A DNA stretch of 64,000 nucleotides from Candidatus Kerfeldbacteria bacterium. GTDB taxonomy: Bacteria > Patescibacteriota > Patescibacteriia > UBA9570 > XYC2-FULL-38-9. Shown here one piece after another: positions 57,089 to 64,000 of this stretch (position 1 is its first letter; every line of letters starts with the position of its first letter). Position numbers and translations under genes: made by a program. Under the pieces are notes generated by a model. The model saw nothing but the letters and a program-made list of their open reading frames with translations, made no database searches and had not been told where the DNA came from. The stretch is taken from contig JACPGJ010000007.1 in NCBI GenBank assembly GCA_016182555.1, positions 64,053 to 128,052 of the forward strand, in the 5' to 3' direction.

Positions 57089-58585
57089 ATGAATATGAAT
57101 ACAAATGAATTAGACCCTACTGAATCTAACGCATCTCTGGATTACAACGATTTTCAAGAAATTATACCAGCTTTAGATTTTATCAATGAACACGCCTATG
57201 TGGCTATTCCTAAGCGTGATGTCACTGATAAAGGCATGGTGACAAGCTACCAGCTCATTCGCTCTGATGGTAAGGCTATTGGACTAAAGCCACCTTATAC
57301 TGAACTAATGGCCTTAAAGCTTTACAGTGAGCGAATGCCAGCACCTGAAGCGCGATGGTCGAACACAAGCTTACAGGAGTTTCTCTCTACTCACGGTGAA
57401 TCATCTTATCAGGATATATCCAAAGTAATAGCAGACCTTGTAGCCATATTAAAAAAATATATTGACTTTGAAGATGATCGGTTAATCTACCTGATTAGTT
57501 GCTGGACGATTGCAACCTATTTTCATCGCGTATTTGTGGCATTCCCCTATTTACATCTCAATGGCAATGCTGGGAGCGGTAAGACTAAGACATTAATTAT
57601 TCTGTCCTTGTTAGCTTTTAATGCTGAATTATCAGCTAGTAATACCCCTGCCTATACTATCCGTATTATTCATAGTAATAGCGCAACATTGTTGCTTGAT
57701 GAAGTAGAAACACTCAAACGCCCAAAAGACGAGGACGTTAAAACCATCGTAGCTATATTAAATTCTGGCTATAAAAAAGGGGCCCGAGTAGGTAAAGCAG
57801 AACAAATTGGAAAATCTCAACTCTGGACTCCAAAAAAATATGATGCCTACTCACCCAAAGTATTTGCTGGTATTCAAGGTCTTGATGCAACACTTGCTTC
57901 ACGGTGCATCCCCATTACCATGGTGAACTCAAGTAATAATACGATTAAAAATGTTGAGGTCTATGAGCAAGATGCGCATTGGCCAAAACTACGTGATGCC
58001 TGCTATTGGTTGCTGATGAAAGAGCATAAGGCAGTACGCAGGCACTACAGTCAGTTAAGTGATACCGAATTAGTAGGCCGTGAATGGGAATTATGGAAGC
58101 CCCTACTTACCATTGCTCAATTAGCCGATGAAAGCGTTTATCAGCAAGTACGCTCATTAGCTTTAGAAATCCATCAACAAAAACAGGAAGCGACCATTGA
58201 AGATATGGAAACACCTAAAATCTTGATGGCCTTGGAAGCGTTGTTGCAAACCAAATTTGGCGATAGCTGCTGTTCGCTGCAAGAAATAGTTGATTTCGTA
58301 GTGGAGTATGATCACGAACATTTTGGCTGGCTTAAAGAGCCCTATAAACAGTTACGTCCAACGCGGTGGATGGGGCAACAGTTACGTCGCGCTGGAGTAG
58401 TAAGTGGTACGAGTAGACCAATCCGTATGGGTGGAAAAGTAGCCCGTGGTTTTGATCTAAAACTTCAAGTTATACAGCAGCGTCTTAAAAACTATGCAGC
58501 AGACGGTTACATGGTTACAGATGATGAAAATACTCCGCCAGTATCTACTAACGTCTCTGTAACTGAGCCTGTAACTCCTGACTAA
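57089..58585 (+). CDS. P-loop replication ATPase/helicase-like protein (DUF3631-associated type)
   Basis: PYLHLNGNAGSGKT, LLLDEVE, ILNSGY, TLASRCI, GREWELWKPL. Confidence 0.75.
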   Translation: MNMNTNELDPTESNASLDYNDFQEIIPALDFINEHAYVAIPKRDVTDKGMVTSYQLIRSDGKAIGLKPPYTELMALKLYSERMPAPEARWSNTSLQEFLSTHGESSYQDISKVIADLVAILKKYIDFEDDRLIYLISCWTIATYFHRVFVAFPYLHLNGNAGSGKTKTLIILSLLAFNAELSASNTPAYTIRIIHSNSATLLLDEVETLKRPKDEDVKTIVAILNSGYKKGARVGKAEQIGKSQLWTPKKYDAYSPKVFAGIQGLDATLASRCIPITMVNSSNNTIKNVEVYEQDAHWPKLRDACYWLLMKEHKAVRRHYSQLSDTELVGREWELWKPLLTIAQLADESVYQQVRSLALEIHQQKQEATIEDMETPKILMALEALLQTKFGDSCCSLQEIVDFVVEYDHEHFGWLKEPYKQLRPTRWMGQQLRRAGVVSGTSRPIRMGGKVARGFDLKLQVIQQRLKNYAADGYMVTDDENTPPVSTNVSVTEPVTPD

Positions 58586-58661
58586 TCCCTCGGTTACAAC
58601 ATGGTTACATCACATATATTCAATTCTATTTATTAAAAAATCACTTTGTAACTGTGTAACC
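58505..58661. repeat. Iteron-like GTTACA cluster (putative replication origin)
   Basis: Eight GTTACA/TGTAAC hexamers in alternating oriented pairs beside an AT-rich stretch. Confidence 0.7.
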
Positions 58662-58685
58662 GAAAATCACAATAAATCTTAAACT

Positions 58686-59294
58686 ATGAAATCAAACAAA
58701 CTCATACCCACACCTGAGAATATACAAAAATCAGTGCGAGAAATAGCTGAAAAAGACAAAAGTGAAAGTATATGCAGGGAACTATCAGAAATGCTTATAA
58801 AATCCTATTCACTAAAAGGTACTAAGCGCAAAGAAATTTATCAACAGATTGACGAAAAATTTAAAGTCGCCTTAAAGCTGGATAACCTCAATAATCACTA
58901 TTTAGCAACAGCTAGCGTTGATAAAGAATATCAAGAATTTCTCAGTATTTTTATTAAGACACTCATCCTTGAATATAACTGCTCTACTGCCAGTGAAAAA
59001 TCGCTCGCACAAATTATAGGGATTAACTACATCCGTGTTTTACGATACAGCGCTAACCTTGAAAAGTGTACTAATTTGAAATACTTAACCGAAGTTGCAA
59101 CAGGATATTACGGGATGATTAGTAAAGAACTAGATCGAGCAGAGCGGCAGTATATGACAGCCCTAATGCTGCTGAAACAACTAAAAACTCCTGAATTAAA
59201 AGTAAGTATTAAAGCCAATACCGCTTTTATCGCACAGCAGCAACAAATCAATGCTGATAAACCCAACACCTATGACAACACCATTAAGGGCTAA
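58686..59294 (+). CDS. Hypothetical element protein
   Basis: 202-aa helical ORF between the iterons and the integrase. Confidence 0.65.
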   Translation: MKSNKLIPTPENIQKSVREIAEKDKSESICRELSEMLIKSYSLKGTKRKEIYQQIDEKFKVALKLDNLNNHYLATASVDKEYQEFLSIFIKTLILEYNCSTASEKSLAQIIGINYIRVLRYSANLEKCTNLKYLTEVATGYYGMISKELDRAERQYMTALMLLKQLKTPELKVSIKANTAFIAQQQQINADKPNTYDNTIKG

Positions 59295-59619
59295 TGATTT
59301 CGGAAAAAATAGAATCTTGGCTGAGGATTGTAAAAAAATCAGAATTGAAGATGTTGTCAAAAAAACCAATCGTCAGCTTAAAGCAATTCTATTACAGGCC
59401 AATGTGAGCGCAATTGATGTTGAATTAGAACTTACTACCACGATTCTGTGTAGCGGTGGTTTACGTTATTGGTTTAAGTGTCCTGTATGCAAAAAACGAA
59501 TTGGTGTTCTATTTCAGCATCCTATTGAACAGGTTATTGGCTGTCGTACCTGTTTGCATCTGGATTATCTAAAACATCGCTATAAAGGCATGATCGAAGA
59601 ATCGATTCAAAATAATTAA
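59272..59619 (+). CDS. Small Cys4 zinc-finger protein
   Basis: GGLRYWFKCPVC...GCRTCLHLDY. Confidence 0.7.
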   Translation: MTTPLRANDFGKNRILAEDCKKIRIEDVVKKTNRQLKAILLQANVSAIDVELELTTTILCSGGLRYWFKCPVCKKRIGVLFQHPIEQVIGCRTCLHLDYLKHRYKGMIEESIQNN

Positions 59620-59622
59620 AAG

Positions 59623-59796
59623 ATGTCAGAGCAAAACCACAGCAATTCAATTTTTACTGAAGAGCAAAAGAATAATTTTGCTGGTTTTGCTATGATTTTA
59701 GGGAGAATTCATAAAAGACTTATTGCCGAAGGGTATACGATCAAAGATGGAAAAATTATCCCTCCTGAGGTACAATCTAATAAAGTACATATATGA
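59623..59796 (+). CDS. 57-aa ORF coupled to the integrase start (below the track cutoff)
   Basis: MSEQNH...IHKRLIAEGYTIKDGKIIPP..; ATGA overlap with the integrase. Confidence 0.6.
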   Translation: MSEQNHSNSIFTEEQKNNFAGFAMILGRIHKRLIAEGYTIKDGKIIPPEVQSNKVHI

Positions 59797-61481
59797 AGAA
59801 TACGCAATCGAAACCATACGTCATATACTCACGCAAAAGCACGGACGATCTGGATAATCAAAAAAACTCAATACCCTATCAAGTTGAGGCGTGTGCAGCA
59901 TTGGCAAAAAGTAAGAATTTACCCGTTTCCTCACTCACTGAAGAAGGTTTTATAACGGACGGAATAATACGTGAAAAGCATACTGCATTTAAAACATCCG
60001 ATATTACGGTCACCAAAGAAGGTCAAGTCAATTTTAAGATAGAACGTCCAAAGTTTAATATACTGATTCAGAAATTATTGAGTGGAGAATTTGCTGGAAT
60101 AATCTGTCTTTGTTGGGATCGGATTAGTCGTAATGAACAGGACGGTATTTTAATTAAACAGTTAATGGATAACGGCATTGATTTTCAATTTGTTCAAGTA
60201 ACCTACGACAAAACCAGTTCAGGAGCTTTACATCGTGATATTGATGGTATGTTTGCCTCGCATTATTCTCGAGTCATTAGTGAGAAGGTAAGAAATACAT
60301 TTGAAAAGTTTCGTAAAGATGGTCGCTGCATTGGTCCTGCTCCCATTGGAAGTTTAGACAATGGTTCTGATGATAAACCACTTGATCCTGAACGAGCACC
60401 TCTTGTAAAGCGAGTTTTTGAGTTATATGCAACGGGAGAATGGAGTCTTAGCCAGCTGGGTAAATGGGCAAATAAATCAGGGTTAACCAGTAAACCCTCA
60501 CGAGCAAAACGTACTCGCGAAGAAATACTTGCTGGTGAGGAAGATAACCGACCAAAGGTGAGTCGGCCAGTAAACGAAAAAACAATTGAAAATATCTTAA
60601 AAAATCCTTTTTATATTGGTAAACATAGAAGCAAATCAGGAGAAATTTGGGATTGCAACCATCCTCGTTTAATTGATACGTCACTCTTCAATGCAGTACA
60701 ACAACAACTCAAGGCACGAAATGTGACCGTCCACTATGTCGATAAAGAATTTTATACGTATCGCGGGTTAATTCGCTGTGAATGTGGTCGTTCGTATTCT
60801 CCGTATGAAAAGAAAGGGAACACTTACTATCGGTGTCGTTGTAAAGAAACTTGTACTAACCCAAATGTGAATATTCGTGAAGATGCTATCCATAAACAAA
60901 TAATGGCTTTTTTAGATCGTATCTATTTCACAGATGAAGAACTCGCTGAAATTGAAGCGGGAGCAAAAACTGGTTTAGATAAAATATCTGAAAAACGAAA
61001 TAACGAATTGACTGATCTTGAACGTGAGCGAAAACGAATATATGGAGATTTAGATTATATGAAAAAAAATAAAATCACCCTTCTTCGTAATAATGTTTCG
61101 ACTATTGATGAATATTCCAAAGATGTTGAACGTCTTGAACAGGAGCTGAGTGTAAATGCTCAAAAAATGGAGATATACCGAGAGTCAGAACACGAAATGT
61201 TAAAATATGTCATTACCTTTTCCGAACTCGTAAAAATGGCCAGTGAATACTATAAACATGCACTTGATAGCGAAAAACGCGAAATTGTCGCACAAGTGTT
61301 TTCCGAACTCATTTTATTTGACCTTTCATTTCAATTTATTCCAAAAGACGGCTTTTCTGCGCTTTTTTTGAGACATGAACAAAACAAAAGCGCCCAGACT
61401 ACTCTGGACGCGACATCTTGCTCGGGGGGTGGGGTTCGAACCCACGGCCAAGCGATTAACAGTCGCTTGCTCTACCGCTGA
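59793..61481 (+). CDS. Large serine recombinase (integrase)
   Basis: YSRKST catalytic Ser, WDRISRN, NPFYIG, CECG...YYRC Zn ribbon, coiled coil; the 3' end overlaps the tRNA antisense. Confidence 0.93.
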   Translation: MKNTQSKPYVIYSRKSTDDLDNQKNSIPYQVEACAALAKSKNLPVSSLTEEGFITDGIIREKHTAFKTSDITVTKEGQVNFKIERPKFNILIQKLLSGEFAGIICLCWDRISRNEQDGILIKQLMDNGIDFQFVQVTYDKTSSGALHRDIDGMFASHYSRVISEKVRNTFEKFRKDGRCIGPAPIGSLDNGSDDKPLDPERAPLVKRVFELYATGEWSLSQLGKWANKSGLTSKPSRAKRTREEILAGEEDNRPKVSRPVNEKTIENILKNPFYIGKHRSKSGEIWDCNHPRLIDTSLFNAVQQQLKARNVTVHYVDKEFYTYRGLIRCECGRSYSPYEKKGNTYYRCRCKETCTNPNVNIREDAIHKQIMAFLDRIYFTDEELAEIEAGAKTGLDKISEKRNNELTDLERERKRIYGDLDYMKKNKITLLRNNVSTIDEYSKDVERLEQELSVNAQKMEIYRESEHEMLKYVITFSELVKMASEYYKHALDSEKREIVAQVFSELILFDLSFQFIPKDGFSALFLRHEQNKSAQTTLDATSCSGGGVRTHGQAINSRLLYR

Positions 61482-61492
61482 GCTACCCCCGA
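61421..61492 (-). tRNA. tRNA-Asn (GTT), CCA not encoded
   Basis: TCGGGGG/CCCCCGA acceptor stem, AGCGA-CTGTTAA-TCGCT anticodon arm, GTGGG-TTCGAAC-CCCAC T arm. Confidence 0.96.
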
Positions 61493-61534
61493 ATACTATT
61501 TCAAAAGAACATGCCTGATAAAGACACATTCTTG

Positions 61535-61563
61535 AGTATAGAAAACTTTTCTCATCGCGTCAA
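61535..61563 (-). promoter_or_regulatory. tRNA promoter
   Basis: Minus strand TTGACG-17 nt-TATACT. Confidence 0.7.
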
Positions 61564-61572
61564 TGGTTTGTT

Positions 61573-62202
61573 CTAATGAAGGAGCTTCTTCTTATCCCGC
61601 TTGGGTTCAATTTTACGACGGTTTGCTTGCAATTGCTGTTTTCTATTTTGCTCTCGGAGTAAACCCCTAACTGTAGTCTGCATATCTGCCAGTTCTATCG
61701 CTCTGGTCAACACCGCCGCGGTAATCTCAGGAAATTCTGCTTTTGCCGCTGCACTCACTCGTTCAAAATCTCTTGCATCTTCATCGGCGATCTCTCTACT
61801 ATCTGTTGTATCTGTGGGGGAAATAACATCTGCCATAAACTCGCGCTCTGCCCGTTCTTCAGTTGAATTCCTTAGCTGTGCCTTTTTATATAATTTCATA
61901 ACGTAAGTCACAACAATCGCTTCAAAAGAAGGGGCTGGTTCTCGTTGAACTGCTTCATTGAAAAAATGAAGAATTTTCTCCCTATATTGCTCTGGTATGA
62001 TTCCTGATGCAATAAACTCAGACCGCACTCGGGAATACTCTTGTATAGCCTTTATAAACGTTTGATCATCACGATTCGCCTGGGGTACTTTCGGAAAACC
62101 AAATACCCCCACTAACGCCTCTCGTATCAACTGCTGCCGTTGGCTCTCATTCGGTTCAAGCAACATCGCCCGTAAGTGTGAAAAAAAATCTTGCTGTGTC
62201 AT
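61573..62202 (-). CDS. Hypothetical protein
   Basis: 209-aa helical, charged ORF. Confidence 0.6.
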   Translation of the reverse strand: MTQQDFFSHLRAMLLEPNESQRQQLIREALVGVFGFPKVPQANRDDQTFIKAIQEYSRVRSEFIASGIIPEQYREKILHFFNEAVQREPAPSFEAIVVTYVMKLYKKAQLRNSTEERAEREFMADVISPTDTTDSREIADEDARDFERVSAAAKAEFPEITAAVLTRAIELADMQTTVRGLLREQNRKQQLQANRRKIEPKRDKKKLLH

Positions 62203-62216
62203 ACTTGCTTAATAGG

Positions 62217-62792
62217 TTATACCTGTCGCACCCAAACAAGCAATTCTTGAATATTCACACTACCTTCTGTCACATGCTTTCCTGCTCTATAAAAATCTGC
62301 AACAAGCATTCCATTTTCTGAATCCTGCGTAATAATGGTTGTCTTAAATTGCGGCAAATCGATACGCAATTTTGGTGTGCCTGTTGCATGTGTTGAAGAA
62401 AAACTATCTGGGGGAAAATATTGATACAGTCGAGTTGTTGTGTGTTCAAGTTCACTAGGAAATGCATTGATCTCCTGCATATTTCCACCATATATTTCAG
62501 CAAGTTCGGCAAGTAGCCGACGATGATATGCCCGCATCGCTTCAGCATGTATAGGAAGCACATGCTGAGTATAGTGTTCCCAATCGTTTTTGGCTTTTTC
62601 GTATTTTGCAGTTCTTGGATCTGAACGAAATGCTAATTCTTTTATATTAAATAGTTGACCAGCCCGAAAACAGGCCTCACGATATGTTTTTACAATTTCT
62701 GAAGCTCTATATTCACGAAATAATTGAGCTTCTTGTTTTTGTTGTTGTTGCTCTAACGTTTGTTCTGGTTTTTTACCACGGCTTGTTTCCAT
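62217..62792 (-). CDS. Hypothetical protein
   Basis: 191-aa ORF downstream of rpoD. Confidence 0.6.
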   Translation of the reverse strand: METSRGKKPEQTLEQQQQKQEAQLFREYRASEIVKTYREACFRAGQLFNIKELAFRSDPRTAKYEKAKNDWEHYTQHVLPIHAEAMRAYHRRLLAELAEIYGGNMQEINAFPSELEHTTTRLYQYFPPDSFSSTHATGTPKLRIDLPQFKTTIITQDSENGMLVADFYRAGKHVTEGSVNIQELLVWVRQV

Positions 62793-62810
62793 AAAATAAA
62801 TAATTACTGC

Positions 62811-63980
62811 TTAATAATCTTGTAATTTTTTCATGGCTTCATGTCCTTCAATCGTTTGCAGCGCTTTCGCTTCAATTTGGCGAATACGCTCACGGGTCAC
62901 ACCAAATTCTTGCCCCACCTCTTCCAAGGTATGTGAAACACCATCGAGCAAGCCAAAGCGCATTTCAAGAATTTTTTGTTCTCGTGGAGGAAGATCGGCA
63001 ATCGCTTCACGCACATGGTCACGCAATAATTGTAATGAGGCAATTTGTGACGGACCGACGGTCTTCACATCTTCAATAAAATCTCCCAGCGTCGAATCTT
63101 CTGAATCATCATCACCAACCGATGTTTCCAACGACACCGTATCCTGCGAAATTTTGATAATATGCAGTACTTTATCTAACGGCAAGTCCATCTCAGCCGC
63201 GATCTCTTCTGGCAGCGGTTCACGGCCGAGCACCTGAATCAACCCACGTTCAATTTGGGTAAACTTGTTGATGGTTTCCACCATGTGCACCGGAATACGA
63301 ATGGTGCGTGACTGGTCAGCGAGCGATCGAGTAATCGCTTGCCGAATCCACCACGTGGCATACGTCGAAAATTTATAGCCTTTGCGGTAATCAAATTTTT
63401 CCACCGCGCGGAATAACCCCACATTCCCTTCTTGAATTAAGTCGAGCAACGACAACGACCGACCAGTAAATTTTTTCGCAATGGAAACTACCAAACGCAA
63501 GTTCGCTTCAATAAGGCGACGCTTCGCTTCTGGGTCTCCTTGTTCTTTTAATTTCGCCAAGCGCACCTCTTCTTCACCACGCAGCAGCGGCACTTTTCCA
63601 ATTTCACGCAAGTACATCTGAATCGAATCATTGGCAATATCGCCTAAATCAAAGGATTTCATTTTGCGTGACCGTTGCACTTGGTCTAAAATACCGCCAC
63701 CACTACCCGGTCGAGCTGCACCATCAGCGGCTGTACCGGTGGCTTTCAAAATGCCACCAGCCACACCAAGCGTGGGTTGGCCGTCGGGGCCTAAAATTTC
63801 TACCCCTTGTTCCTCCAAATCGTGTAGCCAATCTTCAAACTCAGATAAATAATCTTCTAAATGATTAAATAAATATAAAATTTCATTTTCCGTGAGAAAA
63901 TTACGCGAGCGACCTTTCTCTAATAATCGTGCGGCATCCTCCGTTGGAAATACCATTTTCACATACCGCTCTTTCACCAC
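62811..63980 (-). CDS. rpoD: Primary sigma factor RpoD/SigA
   Basis: [47 protein letters not shown]; the exact start is uncertain at the window edge. Confidence 0.96.
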   Translation of the reverse strand: MVKERYVKMVFPTEDAARLLEKGRSRNFLTENEILYLFNHLEDYLSEFEDWLHDLEEQGVEILGPDGQPTLGVAGGILKATGTAADGAARPGSGGGILDQVQRSRKMKSFDLGDIANDSIQMYLREIGKVPLLRGEEEVRLAKLKEQGDPEAKRRLIEANLRLVVSIAKKFTGRSLSLLDLIQEGNVGLFRAVEKFDYRKGYKFSTYATWWIRQAITRSLADQSRTIRIPVHMVETINKFTQIERGLIQVLGREPLPEEIAAEMDLPLDKVLHIIKISQDTVSLETSVGDDDSEDSTLGDFIEDVKTVGPSQIASLQLLRDHVREAIADLPPREQKILEMRFGLLDGVSHTLEEVGQEFGVTRERIRQIEAKALQTIEGHEAMKKLQDY

Positions 63981-64000
63981 ATCATTCAGCGGTAATTTTT

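Larger units (their letters stand above)
50554..61423. mobile_element. Integrative, capsid-less satellite/IME-like element at tRNA-Asn
   Basis: Large serine recombinase running into the tRNA; CHC2 Zn-finger and P-loop replication genes; iterons; TGCTC core at both ends. Confidence 0.8.

Noticed and set aside
50569-61310. 15-bp repeat GTGTTTTCCGAACTC as the crossover core
   Set aside because: Serine integrases do not need long identity, and this would leave part of the integrase gene behind. The TGCTC model fits all four junctions and the tRNA end. It is kept only as an alternative to test.
50554-61423. Complete prophage
   Set aside because: No terminase, portal, capsid, tail or lysis genes are recognisable in about 11 kb.

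Overview
A bacterial chromosome segment of moderately low GC content. The gene styles, the many starts without a Shine-Dalgarno sequence and the reduced mraZ-rsmH-ftsL-ftsI cluster suggest a CPR/Patescibacteria genome (inference). Positions 1-42.9 kb are mostly core or semi-core genes: msrB, riboflavin synthase and ribH, malic enzyme, two ECF sigma/putative anti-sigma pairs, ABC/DedA/GT2/ZnuA/AI-2E, truB, a PduO-type adenosyltransferase, the dcw start, a histidine kinase, pepA and sufCBDSU. This part also has GC-richer secreted-protein genes and a cobalamin riboswitch controlling two DUF4430/transcobalamin-like exported proteins. Positions 43.3-61.5 kb form an accessory region at the 3' end of tRNA-Asn(GTT), divided by related TGCTC...T(T/C)CGAAC junctions at 43305, 47883, 50554 and 61419. 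The spacer is 11 nt in the tRNA and 16 nt in the other three, the 5-bp attB/attP offset known for large serine recombinases. The rightmost unit (about 10.9 kb) is a capsid-less, satellite-like element with an integrase, a CHC2 Zn-finger protein, a P-loop replication protein and iterons. Its attP lies inside the integrase gene, so integration swaps the integrase C-terminus. The two left units are integrase-less cassettes carrying AAA_14/DUF4143 ATPases, a broken GT2-HNH fusion, and a DUF3800 gene paired with a convergent structured small RNA that has its own predicted promoter. rpoD closes the window. All calls come from reading the sequence and ORF track by eye; no searches were run.
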